64,000 nucleotides of DNA from assembly GCA_963823335.1 (NCBI GenBank), contig CAWGLD010000001.1, positions 800,001 through 864,000 on the forward strand, given 5' to 3'. Under the pieces are notes generated by a model. The model was not told the DNA's origin and did no database searches. It worked only from the letters and a program-made list of their open reading frames with translations. The DNA is from an uncultured delta proteobacterium. Its GTDB lineage: Bacteria; Desulfobacterota; Desulfobacteria; Desulfobacterales; B30-G6. How positions within the stretch are numbered: the stretch's first letter is position 1; each line of letters begins with the position of its first letter. This document shows positions 17,042-26,972 of this stretch, piece by piece. A program made the translations under genes and the position numbers.

Positions 17042-17752
17042 TTGCAAACAATTTTTTACATCATTCTGGTACCCATGGTTTATTTTGCCGCTGCTGTCTT
17101 CGCCCTGGGATCACTTGTCCGGATCATCAGGATTTTCAAGGCGCCCAAGCACCCCACCACACTTCAAATCTATCCTGAGCAAAAAGCCAAATGGCTTGGG
17201 GCCCTGTATGATACATTCTTTTTTCCAACCGTTCGAAAACACAAGCCGGTTTTATGGATATTTCTAATCCTGTTCCATGCCGGGCTGCTATTGCTCTTTA
17301 TCGGTCATCTTGAATTGATCTGGGATCTGAACATATTTCAGATAATACCCCATGAACCGTTTCTCGGCAAAGGCTTTGTAGGTTTGACACTGGCGGTATC
17401 ACTGCTTTTCTTCCTGTTTCGCCGGTTTTCTTCTCCTGTCCGGGAACTGTCGGTGCCGGAAGACTACTATCTGCTCATCCTGCTGTTTTTGATTGTCCTG
17501 TTTGGAAGCCAGATGGATTGGGCCAGAAGATGGTATGACTATGGTGAACTCTCCCTGGAAGACTATCGGGTCTACTTTATGAGCCTGGTGACATTCAGAC
17601 CGGAACTGCCCTACAATGCAACGTTTTCAGGCCATTCCTTTATGCTGATACTGCATGTTTTTCTTGCCAATCTGTTTCTCATTTTTTTCCCGTTCAGCCA
17701 GAGCATGCACGCCTTTTTATCGTTGCCGATAAACAAACTGCGGAGAGGTTAA
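17042..17752 (+). CDS. NarI/DsrM-like dihaem cytochrome b membrane subunit
   Basis: ~6 TM helices; His pairs LFHAG...IGH and ILHVF...SMH; GGAGG RBS with TTG start. Confidence 0.82.
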   Translation: MQTIFYIILVPMVYFAAAVFALGSLVRIIRIFKAPKHPTTLQIYPEQKAKWLGALYDTFFFPTVRKHKPVLWIFLILFHAGLLLLFIGHLELIWDLNIFQIIPHEPFLGKGFVGLTLAVSLLFFLFRRFSSPVRELSVPEDYYLLILLFLIVLFGSQMDWARRWYDYGELSLEDYRVYFMSLVTFRPELPYNATFSGHSFMLILHVFLANLFLIFFPFSQSMHAFLSLPINKLRRG

Positions 17753-17756
17753 ACCC

Positions 17757-19013
17757 ATGGACCAGAATACCCGAAACGACCTTTTAAAGCTTTTTAAAAG
17801 CAAGCTCAGTGAAGCCATGCGGCTTTACCTGGAAACATGCACCCGCTGTGGTGTCTGCACAGAAGCATGCCATGTTTACGCATCCACCGGACAGGTTAAG
17901 CACATCGCTGCCTACCGCGCTGAAATTATCCGCAGGCTATACAAAAAGTATTTCAAAGTCAGAGGAAAACTCTGGCCGTCTCTCAGCGAATCCAAGGAAT
18001 TGACCGATGTGGCGCTGGAGGAACTTTTTGAAGCGGCCTATTCCTGCACCGGCTGTCGGCGATGCATGGTCTATTGTCCCTTCGGTATCGACACTCAGAT
18101 GCTCATGTCCATTGCCAAGCTGCTGCTCATCGGTGCCAATACCGAGCCTGAAATCCTGACGCTATTGGCCGACACCTCCGTTGAAAAGGGCAAATCCATC
18201 GATCTTTTCAAGGAAGGGTTCCTCCAGGGCATTAAAAACCTGGAGAAAGACGTCGTCAAAAAATGGAAAGCGGAAGCCGGCGAAAGTGTTATTCCCGTCG
18301 ATGTCATGGGGGCCGACATCCTGTATGTCGCACTGGCAGGCGCCCATTCCATCATACCGGCCGCGGCCATTTTCAACGCTGCCGGAGAAAACTGGACTCT
18401 CAGTTTTTTCGAGGCTGTCAATTTCGGCGCCTTCGTGGGGGATCCCGGCAAAACCAAGCTCATACTGGATCGAATTATCAACGAGGCCCTGCGCCTCAAG
18501 GTCAAAGAAGTCTGCATCTGCGAATGCGGCACGGCCTTCCGGGTCATGAAACAGCTGTCTGGCAAACAGCCTTTCAAGGTATCTTCCATTACGGAAGTCC
18601 ATGCCCGCTATCTCAGGGAGGCTCGCATCAATATCGACCCGGCCAAATTCAATACTGCCATCACCTATCACGATCCCTGCCAGTTGGCACGCAATGCCGG
18701 TGTCATGGATGAACCCCGCTATATCCTGAGCCGGCTGACACAAGACTTCCGGGACATGTCTCCCGATCCGACATACAACTGGTGCTGCGGCGGCGGCGGC
18801 GGTCTGGTGGCACTGGGGGAGGAAACCATTGATTTTCGAATGAAATCGTCCCGCGTCAAAGCCGATCAGGTCAAAGAGACAGGGGCTGGAATTCTGGTTA
18901 CCGCCTGTGAAAACTGCCATTCCCAGTTGAGTGACCTGAACGACCACTACAAAATGAATGTGGAGGTGAAATTTCTATCCTCCATGATTGCGGACGCTTT
19001 GATACCAAAATAA
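17757..19013 (+). CDS. DsrK/HdrD-like Fe-S protein with CCG domain
   Basis: CTRCGVCTEAC, CTGCRRCMVYCP, YHDPC...CCGGGGG...ACENC. Confidence 0.88.
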   Translation: MDQNTRNDLLKLFKSKLSEAMRLYLETCTRCGVCTEACHVYASTGQVKHIAAYRAEIIRRLYKKYFKVRGKLWPSLSESKELTDVALEELFEAAYSCTGCRRCMVYCPFGIDTQMLMSIAKLLLIGANTEPEILTLLADTSVEKGKSIDLFKEGFLQGIKNLEKDVVKKWKAEAGESVIPVDVMGADILYVALAGAHSIIPAAAIFNAAGENWTLSFFEAVNFGAFVGDPGKTKLILDRIINEALRLKVKEVCICECGTAFRVMKQLSGKQPFKVSSITEVHARYLREARINIDPAKFNTAITYHDPCQLARNAGVMDEPRYILSRLTQDFRDMSPDPTYNWCCGGGGGLVALGEETIDFRMKSSRVKADQVKETGAGILVTACENCHSQLSDLNDHYKMNVEVKFLSSMIADALIPK

Positions 19014-19054
19014 AATCGTTCCACGATTTTATAAATCGCGACAGTGTCGCTCCT
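19010..19054 (+). repeat. REP-like family D copy
   Basis: ataaaatcgttccacgattttataaatcgcgacagtgtcgctcct; supplies the TAA stop of the upstream gene. Confidence 0.75.
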
Positions 19055-19102
19055 ACACTAGGACCGGGTGCCGAAATTAACTTACATAGAGGAGTTATTA
19101 AC

Positions 19103-20332
19103 ATGAGAAATTTAACCATCGTTATTGCTATATTTACCATTGTCGCCATGAGCGCCGGCGCAGCCTGGGCGACCAACGGCGACAACCTCATCGGTGTCGG
19201 CCCCATATCGAGATCCATGGGCGGTGTCGGTGTGGCCTCTCCCCAGGATTCCATCAGCGCCATATTCGCCAACCCGGCGGCCATGTGTTTCGGAGCCTAC
19301 TGTCCGGGGTCCGAGGCCACCTTTGCCGGAACCTTTTTTGATCCCAGCGTGGATGGGAAAGCCGATTACACAGCTTTTGGTCCGGGTTTCCCCGAAGGAG
19401 ATTCTGACAGCCAGATGGACCCGTTTGTGGTTCCGGCCATCGGCATCAGCACACCCCTGACCTCCCGTCTGCGATTTGGCATCGGTGCCTATGGCGTATC
19501 CGGTATGGGCGTCAACTACAAGGAAGAGGATATCCCGGTTGGGGATATGTACACCAAGCTGGAGGTCATGAAATTCGCTCCCAACCTGGCCTATCTGGTC
19601 ACGTCTGACTTCTCGGTGGGTGCGTCCCTGAGCGTCAGCTACCAGAATCTCGATCTGGGGTCCGGTGGCGCACACGGGTATGCCTACGGTGCACAGCTCG
19701 GGGCACTTTACCGTTTCAACATCTTCAATTTTGGTGTGTCCTACACCACCCCCCAGAAGGTGACCCATGAGAATGTTTTCGATTTTGACGGAAACGGCGA
19801 TTTTGACGATCTGGACCTCGAGGCACCCCAGACCCTGGCGTTCGGTGTGTCGGCCGAGCCCAACGATTCCCTGCTGGTGGAGTTCGACACCAAGTGGATC
19901 AACTGGTCGGATGCCGATGGGTACGAGGATTTCGACTGGGATGATCAGTGGGTATTTGCCGTAGGCGCGCAGTACAAGGTCACTCAGGACTTTTCTTTGA
20001 GAATCGGATACAACTACGGCAAGAACCCGGTCAATGAACACAACGGTTTCAGTCCTACGGGCAGCACCAATGTCCAGGGCACGGATGTCAGCAATGTGAA
20101 TTATGAAACCTTTCGCATAATCGGATTCCCGGCCATCATAGAACACCACCTGACGCTGGGTGCCGGATACAAATTTACCGACAAAATAGCCGTCAACATC
20201 TCCTATATGCACGGGTTTGAAGAAACCATTAAAGAAAAGTCTGATGGACTGCCCCCTGCTGGCGACGAAGTGAAGCTGGAGTCCACCATAAAAGAAGACT
20301 CGGTGAGTGTCGGCTTTACGGTTCAGTTTTAG
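19103..20332 (+). CDS. FadL/OmpP1/TodX-family outer-membrane transporter
   Basis: Signal peptide ending AWA, TNG...GPISRSMGG...NPA hatch motif, beta-barrel pattern, C-terminal Phe. Confidence 0.85.
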   Translation: MRNLTIVIAIFTIVAMSAGAAWATNGDNLIGVGPISRSMGGVGVASPQDSISAIFANPAAMCFGAYCPGSEATFAGTFFDPSVDGKADYTAFGPGFPEGDSDSQMDPFVVPAIGISTPLTSRLRFGIGAYGVSGMGVNYKEEDIPVGDMYTKLEVMKFAPNLAYLVTSDFSVGASLSVSYQNLDLGSGGAHGYAYGAQLGALYRFNIFNFGVSYTTPQKVTHENVFDFDGNGDFDDLDLEAPQTLAFGVSAEPNDSLLVEFDTKWINWSDADGYEDFDWDDQWVFAVGAQYKVTQDFSLRIGYNYGKNPVNEHNGFSPTGSTNVQGTDVSNVNYETFRIIGFPAIIEHHLTLGAGYKFTDKIAVNISYMHGFEETIKEKSDGLPPAGDEVKLESTIKEDSVSVGFTVQF

Positions 20333-20360
20333 TCCATAAAATTATTGAGTTCATGATGTC

Positions 20361-20395
20361 ATAGGGAAAGGCAGATTGCCTTTCCCTATTTTTTT
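20361..20395 (+). terminator. Intrinsic terminator
   Basis: atagggaaaggca-gat-tgcctttccctat followed by a T tract. Confidence 0.85.
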
Positions 20396-20666
20396 CTTGT
20401 TTCATTATTGATTTTCTGCAAGATTTCGTAGATGACCGCTTAACAACTCAACTTTCGGGATTCAGGAAACGCGAAATGAATCATCCCATTTCGCTCTATC
20501 TGTGGTGAAACCTTAAAGTTGAGTTAACAAGTTATAAACTGTTTTTTTATGGATATATTTCATTGGATGTGTTTGGCATTAACTATATCATAAAACCTAA
20601 AACCCAAAACTTAACACCAGATGATTTCGGTTTTTTTAGAAATCATCGATTTAATGAGGTGCACCC

Positions 20667-21809
20667 ATGTCCGTACAATCTTTCACCGCACAGGATTTGT
20701 TTGAATGGCTCGTTTCCAAAGAAACCTTTCTTCTGCTGGACGTCCGTAACGAGGAAGAGTTCGGCAGGTTTAAAGTGGAAGGGCCTTATCCCTTCGAGAT
20801 GGTCAATGTTCCCTACATGGAATTCATCGAGCATGAAGAAGAAAGTGTCGCAAAAGTGCCCAAGGGCAAAAAGCTGCGTATTGTCTGCGCCAAGGAAGGT
20901 TCTTCCAAATATGTGGGCGAGATCCTGGTCAATCATGGCCACACGGATGTGGCTCACCTGCTGGTGGGCATCAAAGCCTGGGGGAATCTACTGGCCCCCG
21001 TCCGTGTCGCCGCCGGGACCGGCTATGAACTGTATCAGTTCCGAAGGCCTGGAAAGGCATCCTGCAGCTATGGGTTGATTTGCGGAAAAGAAATGATGCT
21101 CTTTGATCCGGCAAAGAATATCACGGCCTATCAAGCCTTTGCAGACGAAAAAGGCTGTGCCATTACCAAGGCCTTTGAAACGCACAGACAGGCGGACTAC
21201 ATCTCCGGTGGCCCAATGCTTCAACAGACCCTGGGCGCGGAGATTCTCGTGCCTCCGGCCGATTTTCAAGGCGCAGCCATCGATTACACGCCGGTAAACG
21301 ACGGCGACCAGTTTCGTTTCACCAACGGCGGCCCGCTTGTCCAGGCCATCCACACACCTGGGCATACCCCCGGCAGCACCTCCTATCTCATCGACGACAA
21401 ATTTATTGTGTCCGGCGACACGATTTTCATTTTTAGCATGGGCAGGCCGGATCTGGGAGGCATGGCAAAAGCCTGGTCCAAGATGCTGTTTCAAACCATG
21501 ACCGAAAAGATCATGACCCTGGATGAGTCGATCCTGGTGCTGCCCGGTCACTACATGGATTGGAAAGAGGCCAACCAGGACCTTGTTTTTGCCGAGACGC
21601 TGGGGGCAATAAAAAAATTAAATGCCTCCATTTACGGCATCACCGATGAAAGCGAATTTTTCGATTTTATCCAGTCCAACATGCGGCCCCAGCCCGAAGA
21701 ATATGCCAAGATCCGTGACATCAACGCCGGCCTCGTTCAAGTCGATACCGAGGAAGCAGACACCATGGACCTGGGCAAAAACGAATGTGCCGCCAGCATG
21801 CATGCTTAA
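20667..21809 (+). CDS. Rhodanese + MBL-fold fusion (persulfide dioxygenase/CstB/YrkH-like)
   Basis: N-terminal LDVRNEEEF...VCAKEGSS rhodanese; ETHRQADY, HTPGHT, SGDT, GRPDLGG, PGH; C-terminal GKNECAA. Confidence 0.85.
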   Translation: MSVQSFTAQDLFEWLVSKETFLLLDVRNEEEFGRFKVEGPYPFEMVNVPYMEFIEHEEESVAKVPKGKKLRIVCAKEGSSKYVGEILVNHGHTDVAHLLVGIKAWGNLLAPVRVAAGTGYELYQFRRPGKASCSYGLICGKEMMLFDPAKNITAYQAFADEKGCAITKAFETHRQADYISGGPMLQQTLGAEILVPPADFQGAAIDYTPVNDGDQFRFTNGGPLVQAIHTPGHTPGSTSYLIDDKFIVSGDTIFIFSMGRPDLGGMAKAWSKMLFQTMTEKIMTLDESILVLPGHYMDWKEANQDLVFAETLGAIKKLNASIYGITDESEFFDFIQSNMRPQPEEYAKIRDINAGLVQVDTEEADTMDLGKNECAASMHA

Positions 21810-21933
21810 GCGCCAACTCCGATTACGCTTGACAAATCCATGCTTCCTTTATAACTCATAGCCTTCGGTTATCATTCGAAGGCATATCTGTGTTCACAGA
21901 TAAAAATTAAACCAATGAAAGGAGAAAGAAACA

Positions 21934-23208
21934 ATGGCTCAATTGATTCCCCCTCATGGTGGAAAAGGTCTGACCTGTTGCCTGCTTGAAGGCGCAGCGT
22001 TGGAGGCGGAAAAGACAAAAGCGGAAGGTCTCAAGAAAATCGAGATTTCTCCACGCGTAAAAGGTGATTTGATTATGATGGGTATCGGCGGTTTCAGCCC
22101 ACTCACCGGTTTTATGACCAAAGCCGACTGGAAAGGTGTCTGTGAAGATTATCTGCTGGCGGACGGCACTTTCTGGCCGATTCCCGTCACCATGGATGCC
22201 TCCAAAGAAGATGCGGATGCCATCAACATCGGCGATGAGATTGCCCTGTACGATCCCGAAGGGGACGAAATCATGGCAACCATGAAGGTCACCGAGAAAT
22301 TTGAGATGTCCGAGGCAGACAAGACCTTTGAATGTGAAAAATGCTATATGGGTGAAGGAACCCCTACGGCAGCGGATTTCTGGAAAATTGCCAAGGAAGA
22401 CCACCCCGGTGTCCAGATGGTCATGGACCAAAAAGCGGTCAATCTGGCAGGGCCGGTCAAGGTGTTGAGTGAAGCCGAATACCCCACCCGCTACAAGGGT
22501 GTCTACGTGCGTCCCGAAGAGTCCCGCAAGATGTTCGAAGAAAGAGGATGGAGTGACGTCGCTGCCCTGCAGCTGCGAAATCCCATGCATCGGTCCCATG
22601 AATATCTATGCAAGATCGCTGTTGAAGTCTGTGACGGTGTCTACATTCATTCCCTGGTGGGCAATCTGAAACCCGGCGACATTCCGGCGTCGGTCCGTGT
22701 CAAATGTATCGATGCCCTCGTGAAGAATTATTTTGTCGAAAAGAATGTCATTCAGGGTGGTTATCCTCTGGACATGCGCTATGCCGGTCCGAGAGAAGGC
22801 TTGCTCCATGCCACGTTCCGCCAGAACTACGGATGTTCCCGCATGATTATCGGACGCGATCATGCCGGCGTGGGCGATTTTTACGGCATGTTCGAAGCAC
22901 AGACCATTTTTGACAAGATTCCGACACCCGCGGAACCCGGAAAAGCACTTCTTTGTACACCGCTCAAAATCGACTGGACCTTCTATTGTTTCAAATGCGA
23001 CGGTATGGCTTCCCTGAGAACCTGCCCGCATGCCAAGGAAGATCGTGTACTGCTCTCTGGAACCATGCTGAGAAAAATGCTTTCCGAGGGCCAGGAACTG
23101 CCGGATCACTTCGGCCGTGACGAAGTTGTGGCAATCCTCAGAGAATACTACGAAGGATTGGACGAAAAGGTCGAGATCAAAACTCATAAGGCCGCAACCG
23201 GCAATTAA
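21934..23208 (+). CDS. sat: Sulfate adenylyltransferase (dissimilatory)
   Basis: [45 protein letters not shown], Zn CxxC. Confidence 0.98.
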   Translation: MAQLIPPHGGKGLTCCLLEGAALEAEKTKAEGLKKIEISPRVKGDLIMMGIGGFSPLTGFMTKADWKGVCEDYLLADGTFWPIPVTMDASKEDADAINIGDEIALYDPEGDEIMATMKVTEKFEMSEADKTFECEKCYMGEGTPTAADFWKIAKEDHPGVQMVMDQKAVNLAGPVKVLSEAEYPTRYKGVYVRPEESRKMFEERGWSDVAALQLRNPMHRSHEYLCKIAVEVCDGVYIHSLVGNLKPGDIPASVRVKCIDALVKNYFVEKNVIQGGYPLDMRYAGPREGLLHATFRQNYGCSRMIIGRDHAGVGDFYGMFEAQTIFDKIPTPAEPGKALLCTPLKIDWTFYCFKCDGMASLRTCPHAKEDRVLLSGTMLRKMLSEGQELPDHFGRDEVVAILREYYEGLDEKVEIKTHKAATGN

Positions 23209-23263
23209 ATTCATAAATTAGCTCCGCGAATTTAATCGTCGCGGCTTCGCCGCTCTTCACCAC

Positions 23264-23301
23264 AAAAAGGGGGGAAACTAAAATAGTTTCCCCCCTTTTT
23301 T
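23264..23301. terminator. Bidirectional terminator between sat and qmoC
   Basis: aaaaaggggggaaacta-aaa-tagtttcccccctttttt. Confidence 0.85.
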
Positions 23302-23427
23302 AATTGTATCTATGTTTAATTTATATTGAAAACAATCACAGCAGCTAACTTGAAAATCTCTTTCCTGTTACTGTCATGTTTTTAGCGGCGCAGCCGCCAA
23401 GTCGAAAATACAACCGCGTTAGCGGTT

Positions 23428-24561
23428 TTATTTTCGACCTATGTACTCGTTATAAGCCATGGCCGTGGTTCGATACACCAGGTGGGCCAGTTTGGAGTAT
23501 GGAATGAAAAAGAAAAGACTCCAGATAAACATTAAGTGGACATAATATACCGTATAGGAAATTCCTGCCAGGCCCAACAGACGAGCCACCTGGGTTCCCA
23601 TACCCGTGACACCCAGCGCCAAAGCCCATCCCACCAGCCACCAGTCTTTGTAAGCCGACACCTGATCTTTCTTGGACAGTCGGCTGCGGATCATCAGAAG
23701 ACTGCCGATGATCAAGGCCACGCCACTTACATTGGCAAGCCACTTGACCGGGTTCAACTGAGAATAGGGCCCATATAGCTGCAGTCCGTATATGGCCACA
23801 AAGAAAATGTTGGTCACGATAAACAGACCGACAAATCCAAACAAGACCATCATGTGCGCTGTGGCGCGGTCCTTGTTTTCACTGCACTCGTTGAATTTGT
23901 CATGCTTTATAATGGCCGGGATCACTCGGATCAATCCCATAATCATGCCTTTGGGATCAATTTTTTCGATATCGGTTTTGCCTTCCTGTAACGCATTCTG
24001 GTGCATATCATTCAGAAAACGCTTCAAACCCAGCGCAAAATTGATAACCGCCCAGGCGGCCGCTGGCAGCATCACCATGTCCACCAGCCAGGTGGAGAAA
24101 AAGTGATCATGAACAATCCTGTCTCCACCCGGATTAAAATTGAGAAAACCGGTGGCAAGTCCCAGCACCAGAAACAGGAGGGCTGGAATGCCTAGAACAA
24201 TCGGCAGTTTTTTGGGATCATTGATGAGCTTGCCTATGGCCTTTACCGGTCCGTACTCGGTAACCGCATAGGCCCGAATCGCCCCCAGCACATCCCCTGG
24301 TTTCGCTCCACGGGGACAAAGGGTGGTGCAATCCCCGCAGTTGTGGCAAAGCCATATATCGCCATTGCCCACCAGTTTTTCTTTAAGCCCCCAGGATGCT
24401 GCAATCATCTCTTTTCTGGGAAACGGTTTGTTGTCTGGTGATATCGGGCAAGCAACCGAGCAGGTTGCACATTGAAAACATTTTTTCAGATCTCCGCCGC
24501 CAAGCCCTTTAACCTCATTTATAAAGCTTATATCAGGCTCAATAACATATGCATCCGCCAT
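23428..24561 (-). CDS. qmoC: Quinone-interacting membrane-bound oxidoreductase subunit C
   Basis: CFQCATCSVAC and CHNCGDCTTLC HdrC-like domain plus TM cytochrome b domain (SKLAH); GAGGAGG RBS before MADAY. Confidence 0.95.
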   Translation of the reverse strand: MADAYVIEPDISFINEVKGLGGGDLKKCFQCATCSVACPISPDNKPFPRKEMIAASWGLKEKLVGNGDIWLCHNCGDCTTLCPRGAKPGDVLGAIRAYAVTEYGPVKAIGKLINDPKKLPIVLGIPALLFLVLGLATGFLNFNPGGDRIVHDHFFSTWLVDMVMLPAAAWAVINFALGLKRFLNDMHQNALQEGKTDIEKIDPKGMIMGLIRVIPAIIKHDKFNECSENKDRATAHMMVLFGFVGLFIVTNIFFVAIYGLQLYGPYSQLNPVKWLANVSGVALIIGSLLMIRSRLSKKDQVSAYKDWWLVGWALALGVTGMGTQVARLLGLAGISYTVYYVHLMFIWSLFFFIPYSKLAHLVYRTTAMAYNEYIGRK

Positions 24562-24625
24562 ATGAGTTCCTCCTCTTTGGATGACGTGTTCACGTTCCCT
24601 ATTCATCGAACGCAAAGAATCCAGG

Positions 24626-26962
24626 TTAAAAGCCCTTGAACGGGTTCGGGCCAAGATCTTGGATCAACTCTGCAAAATCATTCACGATCTGTGGTAACTT
24701 GTCGTATTCATCGATGGCTATCTGGAACTGCGCGACACGTTCATTCTCCAGAGCCAGACTCGACAGAGCTTCACCGATCTTCTTCATGCGGACTTCCGCC
24801 AGTTCGCTTCCCTTGACAAAATGGCACTGATAATCATCACCATGTTTGCACCCGAGCAGGAAAACACCGTCCATACCCTGTGACAGGGCATCTTTGATCC
24901 AGATAACATTTACAGACCCCAAACAGCGAACCGGGATAAATCGAACTTCTGCGGAATAGGGCATCCTGTTGAGCCCGACGATATCCAGGGCCGGGTAGGC
25001 ATCGTTTTCACAGACAAGCCCCAATATACGCATGGGGGGTTCGTCGTAATCATCTTCGGATGGCACCTGAATGGATTTGACCATGGAGCCGACACTGTCG
25101 ATGTTGTAATCGGCAAAACCGATGATCCGCTCCGGACAGGCTCCCATGCAGGTACCACAGCGCCGGCAACGGGTCGGGTTCGGTTTGGGGGTTCCCTTTT
25201 CATCATCATCCAGGGCGCCAAAAGGACACTCCTCGGTACAGCGCTTGCACTGGGTGCAACGCTGAAAGAAAAAATCCGGAAAGGTCATGTCCCCCGATCT
25301 CGGATGAACGGAAACACCCCTGTTGGCCGAATCAATGCACTGAATCGCCTTTAAGGCCGCTCCCGAAGCATCTTCAATTGACTCTTCCACGGTGAGCGCA
25401 CGCCGTATGCCACCGGCCGCATAAATACCCGTCCGCTGGGTCTCATACGGGAAACAAATAAAGTTGGAATCCGCATAGGCCTGGAATAAGGCATTGTCCC
25501 TGAACCCCGGTCCCTGGCGATATGCTAGATTGACCACCGGGTCGTCTTTGGTTACCGGTACCATACCGGTGCCGAGTACGACCATGTCTGCCTTGACCTG
25601 TACTTTTTTCCCCAGGAGGGTATTTTCGGCCTCGACAATCAGGCCGTCGCCGTTTTTAGAAACCTTCGTCACCTCTCCCTTTGTCATGAAAATACCCGGA
25701 TCCTGCTGCAGGCTCTTGTAGAAATTCTCGCTCAGACCAGGCGTGCGCATGTGCTGATAAAAAAGAAACGCTTTTCCTTCGGGAAAATCTTCCCGGACGT
25801 ATTTGGCTTGCTTGAGCGCCACCAGGCTTGTGACCGATCCTGCATATTCGAAATCGCTGTCATCGTCGCCGGCCCCCGGACTCTGGACAAAAACCACCGA
25901 CGAGGCTTCCTTGCCATCCGAAGGTCTGACGATTTTACCCTTTTTGGCAATCTCTTCAAACTCGGTGTTGGTCACGACATCCGGCAGTTCTCCATACCCC
26001 AGGTGGGAAAACTCACCCGCCTTGGGTTTATAGGGCCGCCAGCCAGCTGCCAGGATTACGGCACCAAAAGCTTCCCCGTTTGGATCGAACTTGAGGATAT
26101 CGTTCTTGCCCACATTGTACTCCATGAATTTTTCATGCAGCTGCTCAGCATTCAGCTCCTTACCGCTGTCATCCACTTTCATCTCGTCCGGAAGCGGATA
26201 GGGAACATCGAATTCCATTTTTTCACCCGGCTTTTTCAAGGTGACGATAAAATTTCCCGGCTCTCCGGCAATTCGGGCAGCCACTGTCTCCGTCTTAACG
26301 GTGATGTTCGACATGGACGCCACTTCCTGTATCATCTGCGCCACAACCGGCGGGATCAACTGTTCGTATGGGCTTTTCAGCGGCAGTTGTTTACGCCAGT
26401 TATTGGCGTTGCCCCCCAATATTCCTTGTTTTTCGACAATGGTGACCTCGTATCCGGTCTTGGCCGCATCGAGAGCCGCCGACATGCCGGTGACACCCCC
26501 CCCGATCACCAGGATTTTACGACTGAAATTGTCCAGCTTGTAGGGCTCCGGCAGGTTGATTTTTTCAACTTTCGCCATCCCCATGCGGATGTAGTCCTGG
26601 GCCAGCATCTCCAGACGGTCGAAGTGCTCTTCGTCTCCTTTTTGATCTTCGGTCAATGCCGGGAATTCGGAACGGGGATGAGACCAGACCACCTGTTCCC
26701 GTAAATTCACACGGTCCACAATACAGCCGTCAAATCGGAACACGTCAAAATTAACCCGCCGCGAACATGCTGCGATAACGAGCGTATTGGTACCTTCCTC
26801 GATATCCTTCTTGAGAAGGGCAACACCGTCTTTGCCGCAAAGGATGGGGTGCGTTTTTACCGGAACGCCCTCTTCCTCTGGGATTTCACACAGTGCTTTC
26901 ATGTCCAGGGCATCACCGATGCCACAGCCTTCACATATATACACACCATACTTTTTATCCAT
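24626..26962 (-). CDS. qmoB: QmoB (HdrA-like plus MvhD domain)
   Basis: GGGVTG FAD motif, two ferredoxin CxxCxxCxxxC, CENDAYPA...RCLGS...GCKHG..YQCHF. Confidence 0.96.
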   Translation of the reverse strand: MDKKYGVYICEGCGIGDALDMKALCEIPEEEGVPVKTHPILCGKDGVALLKKDIEEGTNTLVIAACSRRVNFDVFRFDGCIVDRVNLREQVVWSHPRSEFPALTEDQKGDEEHFDRLEMLAQDYIRMGMAKVEKINLPEPYKLDNFSRKILVIGGGVTGMSAALDAAKTGYEVTIVEKQGILGGNANNWRKQLPLKSPYEQLIPPVVAQMIQEVASMSNITVKTETVAARIAGEPGNFIVTLKKPGEKMEFDVPYPLPDEMKVDDSGKELNAEQLHEKFMEYNVGKNDILKFDPNGEAFGAVILAAGWRPYKPKAGEFSHLGYGELPDVVTNTEFEEIAKKGKIVRPSDGKEASSVVFVQSPGAGDDDSDFEYAGSVTSLVALKQAKYVREDFPEGKAFLFYQHMRTPGLSENFYKSLQQDPGIFMTKGEVTKVSKNGDGLIVEAENTLLGKKVQVKADMVVLGTGMVPVTKDDPVVNLAYRQGPGFRDNALFQAYADSNFICFPYETQRTGIYAAGGIRRALTVEESIEDASGAALKAIQCIDSANRGVSVHPRSGDMTFPDFFFQRCTQCKRCTEECPFGALDDDEKGTPKPNPTRCRRCGTCMGACPERIIGFADYNIDSVGSMVKSIQVPSEDDYDEPPMRILGLVCENDAYPALDIVGLNRMPYSAEVRFIPVRCLGSVNVIWIKDALSQGMDGVFLLGCKHGDDYQCHFVKGSELAEVRMKKIGEALSSLALENERVAQFQIAIDEYDKLPQIVNDFAELIQDLGPNPFKGF

Positions 26963-26972
26963 GGATACCCTC

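Noticed and set aside
17042-19013. Naming these dsrM/dsrK
   Set aside because: No dsrJOP or other dsr genes adjacent and the Fe-S protein (418 aa) is short for DsrK; treated as paralogs pending phylogeny.
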